A stretch of 64,000 bases of DNA from Candidatus Uhrbacteria bacterium (GTDB taxonomy: Bacteria; Patescibacteriota; Patescibacteriia; UBA9934), in the NCBI GenBank assembly GCA_018673485.1, contig JABHCP010000007.1, forward strand, positions 9,890 to 73,889, read 5' to 3'. Both the position numbers and the translations under genes were made by a program. This document shows, piece by piece, positions 56,244-64,000 of this stretch. A model generated the notes under the pieces. It ran no database searches. It saw only the letters and a program-made list of their open reading frames with translations, and had not been told where the DNA came from. Position 1 is the first letter of the stretch; every line of letters begins with the position of its first letter.

Positions 56244-57443
56244 TTACCAGCAAAGATAGATGGAACGGTTGTTTATAGCGATTGTATCGAGCTTACTGAG
56301 TACCGATGAACCTAAAGTGTTGTCAGTTACGCTCTCAATTATTACGAAGGTATGTGCATTTGGCTTGCACTGACTAGTTACCTGAATATTATCCAAGCTT
56401 GGCGAAGTATTGTGGTTTGTTGTAAGTAAATATGAGGGAGTTTGTGTCATGTGCAACTCTGTATCGCCTGAGGAAAGGTGAAGAAAGTGAGTGTCTTGTT
56501 CTGTGGCTATAGATATCTCGGGCTCATATACTGATCTGATCTCAGAGACGGTTGATTTATCATCTAATGTCAACGCTATGGTAGACAAACTGGATATTGA
56601 GTTGAGATTTCTTGCAATCTCAGCAAGTACATCGATCTCAAAGTTTTCTTCTATTAACAATGAATAGAATATATTTTTATCAGTATCCTGCGTTACCACA
56701 AGCTTCCAAGGACTCGATAGACTGTTGATTATTTCACTCATCGGCTCTGATAGATAGCTCGACAATGTATTTGTCGTTTCTTGTTCTTTCTCTGTTGATG
56801 TGATTTGAGCAATAACGTCAGTTTGTTCTGGAATCTGCAATTCAGTTTTTATTTGCGCCTTTGCTCCAAGTCCGTGCAATGTTAGCCCTTTACTATGAAC
56901 TGATAGCCAGCCATTTTGATCAATAGATCGAATTTTACCGTCAAAGAATGGATTTAAGGCATGAAAGGTGAGTCGCGTGTTTGGATTCTGGTTGTTCTCG
57001 ATCGTATCTGTACTAATTAGCGTTCTACCATTGATTTCGATCGAACTCAGCCCTATCTGATCGAATTGAGCCAGTTTATGCTCGCCAAGCTCGTTATCAA
57101 TAGATATTTCGCTTATTTGACCCAGATTATTGAAATGCAGAGCGAATTCCCTGTTTGATAGTTCAATTGCGTCATCTAATGTCAAAGGCCCCAAAATTGC
57201 TGCAGCTCCAAGGTTTTGACTTAGCAATTCAGTGCTTCCAACGTTTTTAAACACCTGAATCGAAATATTGGTCTCATCGGAATGAAAATTACTTACCGTA
57301 TCGCGCGTAATCCAAAGTCGAAACACCACGAGCGCCAATAAAACAACACACCCAGCATAGATGTACGTTTTAACATTCGACCGCAGATGCCTTTTAGGCA
57401 CCTGAGCGTGCATTGAAATATTCAAGTCCTGCATGCTTAGCAT
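56244..57443 (-). CDS. hypothetical membrane-anchored protein (399 aa)
   Basis: single N-terminal TM; Ser/Thr/Asn-rich. Confidence 0.5.
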   Translation of the reverse strand: MLSMQDLNISMHAQVPKRHLRSNVKTYIYAGCVVLLALVVFRLWITRDTVSNFHSDETNISIQVFKNVGSTELLSQNLGAAAILGPLTLDDAIELSNREFALHFNNLGQISEISIDNELGEHKLAQFDQIGLSSIEINGRTLISTDTIENNQNPNTRLTFHALNPFFDGKIRSIDQNGWLSVHSKGLTLHGLGAKAQIKTELQIPEQTDVIAQITSTEKEQETTNTLSSYLSEPMSEIINSLSSPWKLVVTQDTDKNIFYSLLIEENFEIDVLAEIARNLNSISSLSTIALTLDDKSTVSEIRSVYEPEISIATEQDTHFLHLSSGDTELHMTQTPSYLLTTNHNTSPSLDNIQVTSQCKPNAHTFVIIESVTDNTLGSSVLSKLDTIAINNRSIYLCW

Positions 57444-57502
57444 TCTATCGCAGTTAAGAGATCTTAAAAAGCGAAAGAGCTTCTATATCGTATTTCGTTT
57501 GT

Positions 57503-57516
57503 TGTCCGATCGGACA
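57503..57516. repeat. palindrome TGTCCGATCGGACA
   Basis: CGATCG-centred family. Confidence 0.6.
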
Positions 57517-57580
57517 TCAAGTGAACTCACACATAGTCGCTTTTGAGTTGATTCTAAAGACCATATTTATGAACGCCAAT

Positions 57581-57614
57581 GTTCGCGTTAGGTTCGATCG
57601 AACCTAACGCGAAC
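57581..57614. repeat. 34-bp perfect palindrome GTTCGCGTTAGGTTCGATCGAACCTAACGCGAAC
   Basis: CGATCG-centred family; shares the TAGGTTCGATCGAACCTA core with 52673..52710. Confidence 0.8.
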
Positions 57615-57639
57615 AGAAGATGCTCGCATTGGAATTTAA

Positions 57640-57668
57640 AAGAACCGCATTTACGCGGTTCTTTTTTG
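57640..57668. terminator. bidirectional intrinsic terminator 3' of pnp
   Basis: AAAAGAACCGC-ATTTA-GCGGTTCTTTTTT. Confidence 0.7.
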
Positions 57669-57675
57669 CTATCCA

Positions 57676-59985
57676 TTAATCCTTTTTTGGATGTGCTGGT
57701 GGGGTTGGGCGTGGGGGTCGGGGGCTGTCGTGTTCGCGACGTGGTGATCGTGGCCCGCTTGGGCGTCCACCTCCGTGTCGTGGCCCTCTGTCGCCTCCTG
57801 GGCGTCCACCTCCGGCTCCAGGCTTTTGAGCCTTCGCCTTCATTTCCTCAGTGTAGACGTTGCCCTCAGCCTGCTTCATAGAAAGACTTGTCTTTCCTGA
57901 TGGGTCTACCTCAATAACCTTGATTTTCACTTTGTCACCAAGCTTTACGATGTCTCCTACTTTATCAACTCGCCATGGTGCAAGTTCTGAAACGTGCACA
58001 AGTCCGTCGCGACCTGGTAGGTAGCTAACGATGGCACCAAAGTCCATTAGGCGATCAACTGTTCCTTCAAATTCTTCGCCAGCCTGCACTTCTCGTACGA
58101 TGTCTTCGACAATCTTTTGAGCTTTATCTGCTGACTCACCGTCTGGCGCTGTGATAAATAGTAGTCCGTCATCTTCAATGTCGATAGCACTTACTCCAGT
58201 GTCAGCAATGATTCCATTGATAACTTTTCCACCTGAACCAATAACTTCTCGAATTTTATCAGGATCAATTTGCATCTTAGTAATTCTTGGAGCGTACTTT
58301 GAAAGTTCTGCTCTAGGCTCTGCTATTGCGCTTTCGATTGCGTCGAGCACTTCCATTCTAGCCGTGTATGACTGCGTTAGTGCCTGTTTGATGATGTCGA
58401 TTGTAAGACCATTGGTCTTTGTATCCATCTGGATTGCCGTAATTCCATCACGAGATCCTGTAATTTTGAAGTCCATCCCACCTAGACCGTCTTCGATGTC
58501 TTGCAGGTCGGTAAGAACTTTCCAGTCTGTTCCGTTTGATGCAAGCCCCATCGCGATTCCAGCAACTGGTGCCTTAATTGGTACCCCAGCGTCCATAAGA
58601 GCGAGCGTTGAACCACAGGTGCTGGCCATTGAGCTTGATCCATTGGAATCCAGTGTCTCTGACACAACTCGAATTGTGTAAGGGAAGTCTTCCTTTAAAG
58701 GAATCATCGGGTCGAGTGCTTTCTCTGCAAGCGCACCGTGACCAATATCTCGTCGACTAGCGCCTCGCAATGGCTTTGCTTCACCAACAGAGTATGGAGG
58801 GAAGTTGTAGTGGTGCATGTATCGCTTTTGTCCACTGATTTCCATTCCGTCGAGTGTCTGCTCGTCACCTGGAGAACCAAGCGTACAAATTGAAAGTGAC
58901 TGTGTTGTTCCACGCATGAAGTGTCCTGTTCCGTGCACGCGTGGTAGAAGTGCGACCTCAGATACAAGATTTCGAATTTCTGTAAGCTTACGTCCATCGA
59001 TTCGTTTGTCTTGCTCCAAAATCATTCGTGATGCTTCGTCTTGTGTGAAGTTATAGATCAAGTCTTTTGCGAATTTGATCTCATCAGCCTCGTGACCTTC
59101 TGATTCGAGGTATTTCTCTAGTTGTTTTGCAAGTTCACTTTTCGCTTCATTGATTTGAGTCTTGTTGGTCAGTGACTCAGATAGGATCATCTTTTCAAAG
59201 ATCGGTCGCATGAAGTCTTTTGACTTTTGTGCTAGTGGCGCACGTTTTTCCAAAGTCTCAAGTTCCTTTTCAGTGTTCAGTGCTTCGAATGTAAGTTTTT
59301 CTTTTCCGACGGTAGATCGAACCTTTTCAATAAGGTCGATAATCGGTTGAATGCTTTGCATTCCAAACTCAAATGCTTTACTTATATCTTCTTCAACTGC
59401 TTCGTTGGCTCGAGCCTCAATCATGATTACCTTTTCCGATGTTCCTGCAACGTCCAGATCGAAATCAGTTTCCTCACGCTCAGCGTATGTTGGGTTTAGA
59501 ATAAACCCTTCATCTTTTTGAGATACTCGAAGCGCACCGATCGGTCCATTCCAAGGGATGTCACTTATGTGAAGCGCACACGATGCACCAATAAGTCCCA
59601 AGATGTCTGGGTCATTCTCTCCGTCAAACGATAGAACTGTAACGATTACTTGAATATCGTTTCGAATTCGATCATCAAAGAGTGGTCGAAGAGATCGGTC
59701 AATAAATCGACCAATAAGCACAGCGTCGTCTGTTGGACGACCTTCACGCTTGATGAATCGAGATCCTTTGATTCGACCAGCAGCGTAGAGCTTTTCTTCA
59801 TAGTCGACCATTAGTGGAAAGAACGGAAGTCCTTCACGTTTGGTCTTAGACATTACAGCGGTAGCAAGAACAACTGTCTCACCAAGCTGAATAAGGCAGC
59901 TAGCGTTTGCTGACTGCGCGAACTTTCCCGTTTTAATTGTCAGCTCTTTGCCGCCAATGTCACAGGAGAACACTTTCTGTTCCAT
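57676..59985 (-). CDS. pnp: polynucleotide phosphorylase with Arg/Gly-rich C-terminal tail
   Basis: two RNase PH domains, KH and S1; FIKREGRPTDDAVLIGRFIDRSLRPLF; start taken at MEQKVFS. Confidence 0.9.
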   Translation of the reverse strand: MEQKVFSCDIGGKELTIKTGKFAQSANASCLIQLGETVVLATAVMSKTKREGLPFFPLMVDYEEKLYAAGRIKGSRFIKREGRPTDDAVLIGRFIDRSLRPLFDDRIRNDIQVIVTVLSFDGENDPDILGLIGASCALHISDIPWNGPIGALRVSQKDEGFILNPTYAEREETDFDLDVAGTSEKVIMIEARANEAVEEDISKAFEFGMQSIQPIIDLIEKVRSTVGKEKLTFEALNTEKELETLEKRAPLAQKSKDFMRPIFEKMILSESLTNKTQINEAKSELAKQLEKYLESEGHEADEIKFAKDLIYNFTQDEASRMILEQDKRIDGRKLTEIRNLVSEVALLPRVHGTGHFMRGTTQSLSICTLGSPGDEQTLDGMEISGQKRYMHHYNFPPYSVGEAKPLRGASRRDIGHGALAEKALDPMIPLKEDFPYTIRVVSETLDSNGSSSMASTCGSTLALMDAGVPIKAPVAGIAMGLASNGTDWKVLTDLQDIEDGLGGMDFKITGSRDGITAIQMDTKTNGLTIDIIKQALTQSYTARMEVLDAIESAIAEPRAELSKYAPRITKMQIDPDKIREVIGSGGKVINGIIADTGVSAIDIEDDGLLFITAPDGESADKAQKIVEDIVREVQAGEEFEGTVDRLMDFGAIVSYLPGRDGLVHVSELAPWRVDKVGDIVKLGDKVKIKVIEVDPSGKTSLSMKQAEGNVYTEEMKAKAQKPGAGGGRPGGDRGPRHGGGRPSGPRSPRREHDSPRPPRPTPPAHPKKD

Positions 59986-60268
59986 ATGTATTGTTGGGGA
60001 TTTCCCAGTCGGCGCATCGCGGTGTCGAAATTTCCGCTCTTTGCTCGCCGTACATAACAGTACGTCTCGCAGAGTGCTCAATTTCTCCTAGCGCTGCATC
60101 CAGCTGGAAAAATCCCTGAGTTATCGCTCGGTTTGAAGCTGAAGGTTTCAAAGAAATGAATCTTTGACGACCTTGTGGTCTCAAACCGAAGCGTTAAGTA
60201 AGTTATCGAACGAGTAGAGAAGATCGAGTGCTCGGTCTGCTCTACCCGTTTGAAAACGGGTCTTAGTG

Positions 60269-60349
60269 ACCTCCCCCTGCCCCTCCTTCGTAAGGAGGGG
60301 AGATTCGATCGAGATCCTCCCCCTTACGAAGGGGGAGATAGAGGGGGTC
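60269..60349. repeat. tandem GC-rich palindromic repeats
   Basis: CCTCCCCCTGCCCCTCCTTCGTAAGGAGGGG...CCTCCCCCTTACGAAGGGGGAGATAGAGGGGGTC in the pnp leader. Confidence 0.6.
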
Positions 60350-60357
60350 TTCGAAGC

Positions 60358-60912
60358 TCACTTTTTCTTTACCGGAGCTTTTCGTTTCTTTACAGGTGGC
60401 TTTCGTTTTGAAATCTCTGGCATTAGAAACTTTTCTGGTTCAGCTGATAGGTTTGTGTAAAAATCTGTAACTTCTAAAAGTTCTGAAGAAGTTGATTCGC
60501 GGAATGACGCTACGTGAAACAGGCGCCCTTTGCCACGTACGTAATCTGCAAGTGGAGCGAAGTCACCGTCACCGGACACCATTACTACAACGTCGAGCAT
60601 ATCAAGCATGCGTACAACATCGATCGCCATACCAACATCCCAGTTTGCTTTTTTGTGACCTGAATCGTATTCGACCAAGTCTTTTGCTATTACTTCGATA
60701 TTATTTTTCTCCAGCGCCTCCAAGAATGGACTTTCGTCCCCTGCCTCGGTTGTTACCGCATAGGCAAGTGCACGAACTAGCTGTCCGTTGCCAGTAGTTT
60801 CTTCGACGATCTTGGGATAGTTCACTTTACGATTAAATACATTGCGCGCGCTGTAGTACATGTTTTGCACATCGATGAAAACGCCAACTCGGCGATTTGG
60901 GGTCTCTAACAT
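60358..60912 (-). CDS. NYN-domain (LabA/DUF88-like) putative ribonuclease
   Basis: GVFIDVQNMYYS and VVVMVSGDGDFAPL catalytic blocks; Lys-rich tail. Confidence 0.75.
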   Translation of the reverse strand: MLETPNRRVGVFIDVQNMYYSARNVFNRKVNYPKIVEETTGNGQLVRALAYAVTTEAGDESPFLEALEKNNIEVIAKDLVEYDSGHKKANWDVGMAIDVVRMLDMLDVVVMVSGDGDFAPLADYVRGKGRLFHVASFRESTSSELLEVTDFYTNLSAEPEKFLMPEISKRKPPVKKRKAPVKKK

Positions 60913-60996
60913 AAAAAGGGGGTAAAGGATTTAAAAATGGGTCGTTATTAAAAAGACTCAAGCCCGGCCGAATTATCGAGCCGGGCTTAATATAAA

Positions 60997-61272
60997 TTAA
61001 TCATTCAAAGGTCGGATCTTGAGGTCTGTGATCAACGTTTCGTATGCTGCCTTGTCTTCACGTCGTAGGTATCGCATAAGACGTCGTCGCTCTGTAACTT
61101 TTTTTACAAGTCCACGTCGAGAGCTGAAATCCTTTTTGTGAGTACGCAAGTGCTTTGTCAGCTCTTTTACTTCCTCAGTTAGGATCGCGATCTGTACTTG
61201 TGGGGAACCTGTATCTTTATTATGAGTTTTGAACTTCTCAATGATCTTTTGCTTTTTCTTCTTGTCGAGCAT
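60997..61272 (-). CDS. rpsO: 30S ribosomal protein S15
   Basis: 91 aa, SPQVQIAILTEEVKELTKHLRTHKKDFSSRRGL. Confidence 0.9.
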   Translation of the reverse strand: MLDKKKKQKIIEKFKTHNKDTGSPQVQIAILTEEVKELTKHLRTHKKDFSSRRGLVKKVTERRRLMRYLRREDKAAYETLITDLKIRPLND

Positions 61273-61724
61273 ATTTTTGCTTTATGCCAATGATCGGAGT
61301 AAAGCGTCGCTCGCGTGTCGCTAAACCTCGGTCAAAGGTCTGATTTATGTGCTTATACTAGCTGGATTGTTGATTTGTGTCAAGAAAAGACGGATGCCGG
61401 GGTGGATGGCGTATCCACCCCGGCATAAGCAGCGCTCAAGTCACGATTGGGTCTACTGCGAGCACCAACCCGCATCCCAAACAGAGCCTTGAATTGCTTT
61501 TGGGCCTCTCTTTTGTGGGGGGGCGCAAGTTATGGATGAGTACCGGCTGGTTCTCACTTGCTCTAAGAGTGGTCCCAGCGGCAACGCCAGGTGCTTCTGC
61601 TTTCACTTTTGGCTGGCGCAAGCAGTTGCAGGTACATACTGACACGCCTCGACAATTAGGTCAAAAGGTAGCAATCAAGCTTTTGAAGTGCATTATTAAT
61701 TCTTGTGTCGTATAATGTAGACAT

Positions 61725-62645
61725 ATGGAAAAGAAAAGTGTACTACAGAAATATATTAGGCAGTTCTTGGAGTATCTTGAAATTGAACGCGGTCGGTCGG
61801 AGCGAACCGTACGCAACTATGATTTTTATTTACAACGATTTGCTAACTGGGCTAAGCACCCACAGCCAAATAAGATAACTCAAGAGATGGTTCGAAAGTA
61901 CCGGCTGTACCTAAATCGATCAGTCGAGGGCCGCGATGACGTCACTCTTAAAAAGTCCACTCAGAATTACCACCTAATAGCCCTTCGATCATTTTTGAAG
62001 TATTTATCAAAGCGCGATATCAAGACAATGTCAGCAGACAAGATCGAGCTGGCGAAAACCGGAGACAGAAAGATTGAGTTTTTAGAAGAGGATGAATTGC
62101 GTCGAATGTTGAATGCCACAAAGGATACAGGTGGCCTCATTGGACGACGTGATCGAGCGATTCTGGAAATGCTTTTCTCAACTGGCCTACGCGTTTCTGA
62201 GCTTGCACAACTGCTCATCAAAGAAGTGAATATCAAACGTGGTGAGTTTAGCGTTAATGGAAAAGGTAGCAAGCACCGAGTTGTGTTCTTATCAGACGAT
62301 TCCCGTGATTCAATTAAAGAGTACCTCGATGTTCGCAAAGACATGTCTCCTTACTTGTTCGTGAGTCATGATCGTGCCAAGCACAGAAGAGATTCTTTAC
62401 CGATCTCTCCACGTACCATCCAAAGAATAGTCGAGCGCTACGCAACGGCCGCGGGAATTACAAAAAAGATCACACCACACACTCTAAGACACACATTCGC
62501 GACTGATCTACTCAGAAACGGTGCAGACATCCGATCAGTCCAGGCAATGCTCGGCCACGAGTCAATAACAACAACTCAGATTTACACCCACGTGACTGAC
62601 AAGCAACTTAAAAAGATTCACAAAAAGTTCCATGGGGCGAAATAA
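61725..62645 (+). CDS. tyrosine recombinase XerC/XerD family
   Basis: core-binding N-terminal domain; catalytic R..HxxR..Y region (HTLRHTFATDLL...ITTTQIYTHV). Confidence 0.85.
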   Translation: MEKKSVLQKYIRQFLEYLEIERGRSERTVRNYDFYLQRFANWAKHPQPNKITQEMVRKYRLYLNRSVEGRDDVTLKKSTQNYHLIALRSFLKYLSKRDIKTMSADKIELAKTGDRKIEFLEEDELRRMLNATKDTGGLIGRRDRAILEMLFSTGLRVSELAQLLIKEVNIKRGEFSVNGKGSKHRVVFLSDDSRDSIKEYLDVRKDMSPYLFVSHDRAKHRRDSLPISPRTIQRIVERYATAAGITKKITPHTLRHTFATDLLRNGADIRSVQAMLGHESITTTQIYTHVTDKQLKKIHKKFHGAK

Positions 62646-62652
62646 TTCACTT

Positions 62653-62775
62653 CTGTCATCCCGGCCGTAGAGCCGGGATCCATCGAGATGCAGAATTCGA
62701 TCGAACTGAATCGAGCTTGATGTAACGATGGGTTCCTGCTTTCGACCCGTCTGACGGGTTTCGCAGGAATGACAA
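62653..62775 (+). repeat. about 125-nt structured intergenic repeat (copy 2, without the nested module)
   Basis: see 9854..9982. Confidence 0.6.
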
Positions 62776-62840
62776 GTGCTCAAAAAGCGAGCAACCCCGG
62801 GTCGTGAGACTCGGGGTTCGAGGTATGCGGGGTAGAGCAA

Positions 62841-63068
62841 CTACTTTGCGCTGCCAAGTTGCTTGGCTGCGATGTGGCTTCCATGCGAGGCCTTATGCTC
62901 TAGTTCGCTTTGTGAGCTTGGATCGCCTTGAGTGCCAATGATCGCGAAGCCTACCATGATGGCCAAGATGGCGATCAAGATGAGAAAGTCGGGCCCCGCC
63001 TGACCGTCTTCTTCTCTTTCACCAATAGCACGGTTGAGTTTGGTGTTAGTAGTCCCGAGCATATTCAC
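62841..63068 (-). CDS. small single-TM hypothetical protein
   Basis: 75-aa ORF in a high-GC islet. Confidence 0.4.
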   Translation of the reverse strand: MNMLGTTNTKLNRAIGEREEDGQAGPDFLILIAILAIMVGFAIIGTQGDPSSQSELEHKASHGSHIAAKQLGSAK

Positions 63069-63571
63069 TTCCTCCAGATGAGTAGCTCACCGTTGTGTGC
63101 TGTCAGGAGCTGGGCAGGGCCGATGCAGTTGGGCTGCTCAGCGCAGACTTCAACTACGTGGCCAAAGTTGGCGTCGACCCAGAAGTTGAGTATCTGAGTA
63201 GCGAATTCGACTTCTTCACAGGTCATGATTGGCGTATTGCGCTTTTCCTTGAGGTCTGGAATTCCGCGGCATCCCATCTTGGCCCCGGTATCGATGCTTT
63301 CATCGAGCGGGTCATCGAGATATCCGCAGAGCAGCATCATGTCGAGTGCTCTTGCGTGGCCGTTGCTGAACTCCATGTAGGCTAGGTGGACGTCACACTC
63401 CTCGACAGGTTCGACCTGGTCGCTCTGTTTTGAAGCTGATGTCTTCGTACTCCATTTTTCGATAAAGCCTGGCACTACGAGTGCGGCGAGGATACCGAGA
63501 AGTGCGGCGATGATTGCAACGTTGAGCAGTGTTTGATTGACCGGTGTCTCGCTGGGGTTTGTGGGTTGCAT
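63065..63571 (-). CDS. hypothetical membrane-anchored protein
   Basis: N-terminal hydrophobic helix; Cys-containing C-terminal domain; 168 aa. Confidence 0.45.
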   Translation of the reverse strand: MQPTNPSETPVNQTLLNVAIIAALLGILAALVVPGFIEKWSTKTSASKQSDQVEPVEECDVHLAYMEFSNGHARALDMMLLCGYLDDPLDESIDTGAKMGCRGIPDLKEKRNTPIMTCEEVEFATQILNFWVDANFGHVVEVCAEQPNCIGPAQLLTAHNGELLIWRK

Positions 63572-63652
63572 GATCTTGCATCCTTTTGAGGTTGTGGGGA
63601 CTGAAAGAGCAAGGAAGTAAGATTAGCGGGATTTGGTGAGACTGTCAATTGC

Positions 63653-63681
63653 TAGTAGATCTCTCCTAGGCGTCGAGATGG
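63653..63681 (+). repeat. short GC-rich repeat module TAGTAGATCTCTCCTAGGCGTCGAGATGG
   Basis: matches 3082..3110 and the internal halves of the intragenic elements at 10208 and 11109. Confidence 0.5.
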
Positions 63682-63722
63682 GAAGATGGAAGACCTGAGA
63701 AGGGGGAGGATTTAGTTGCTCA

Positions 63723-64000
63723 AATGAAGAATCAGGACTACTATGAATTTATAATCATAACCCTTATTCATATGGTGTATGGTCCAGTTTTGATAATTGT
63801 TCTTGTTCTGCTTGTTGCTACTGTGCGGCAGGTGAATCAGGGGCATATTGGCGTGAAATATCGCCTTGGTAAGTATGTTGGAATGCGTGAGCCGGGTTGG
63901 CGAATTGTTGTTCCGATATTTGAGTCTATGCGTAAGGTTGATATCCGTGTTAAGGCGGTTGATGTGCCTGATCAGGAGGCGATTACAAAAGATAATATCA
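63723..64000 (+). CDS. SPFH/band-7 (stomatin/HflC-like) protein, 5' partial at window edge
   Basis: hand translation MKNQDYYEF...RIVVPIFESMRKVDIRVKAVDVPDQEAITKDNI matches the SPFH domain N-terminus. Confidence 0.6.

Noticed and set aside
61377-61715. 112-aa ORF upstream of the recombinase gene, and possible SRP-like RNA (GGTGCTTCTGCT...GCAAGCAG)
   Set aside because: The ORF has no RBS and a Gly/Trp-rich odd composition. The RNA resemblance to the SRP domain IV motif is partial and lacks the GGAA apical loop. It remains unassigned, as does the perfect 14-bp hairpin ATGCCGGGGTGGAT/ATCCACCCCGGCAT at 61392
63065-63571. Type IV prepilin interpretation of the hydrophobic N-terminus
   Set aside because: Lacks the G/F-T-L-I-E prepilin peptidase cleavage motif; more likely a signal anchor

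Overview
This window is a dense bacterial chromosomal segment of about 42-45% GC. Its gene content suggests a Patescibacteria/CPR-like (Saccharibacteria-like) organism. The supporting evidence is a tandem array of six TrbC/VirB2-like small pilin genes, a DUF5320/DUF134 pair, a class A PBP, a truncated pyruvate kinase, and generally small housekeeping genes. This taxonomic call is inference only.

The window contains the replication-origin neighbourhood: dnaN-dnaA on the minus strand, then rpmH-rnpA-yidD on the plus strand. The dnaA-dnaN spacer holds an AT-rich DUE and degenerate DnaA boxes. A second cluster of three perfect DnaA boxes lies about 15 kb away.

Other genes include ruvB, a DacA-like carboxypeptidase, a SpoIID-domain protein, TrmB, a Wzx-like flippase, an O-antigen ligase, galU, a sugar SBP, a CaCA exchanger, pgi/pmi, iscU/iscS, VIT1, tRNA-Cys, PBP1A, pyk, tig, H+-PPase, a LysM/M23 peptidase, YifB/ComM, lspA, dksA/traR, pnp, rpsO, a NYN RNase, and a Xer-type tyrosine recombinase.

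Several features stand out beyond the ordinary genes:
- A 2.4-kb GC-rich region (5101-7566) with no credible ORF, internal 45-nt direct repeats, a consensus sigma70 promoter and extensive hairpin potential. It is a candidate large structured ncRNA or decayed foreign DNA.
- A family of long perfect palindromes (20-40 bp) centred on CGATCG with variable, compensating arms, several of which bracket individual genes.
- Short modular GC-rich repeat elements, including two 58-63-bp copies inserted in frame inside the O-antigen ligase gene and a CCGG-centred 20-bp palindromic module found nested inside another repeat.
- Multiple high-GC islands encoding secreted and membrane hypothetical proteins.
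- A stand-alone protein made of two RNA polymerase alpha-CTD-like domains.

No CRISPR array, rRNA gene or obvious prophage was seen. Hand-derived coordinates of non-CDS features may be off by 1-2 nt.
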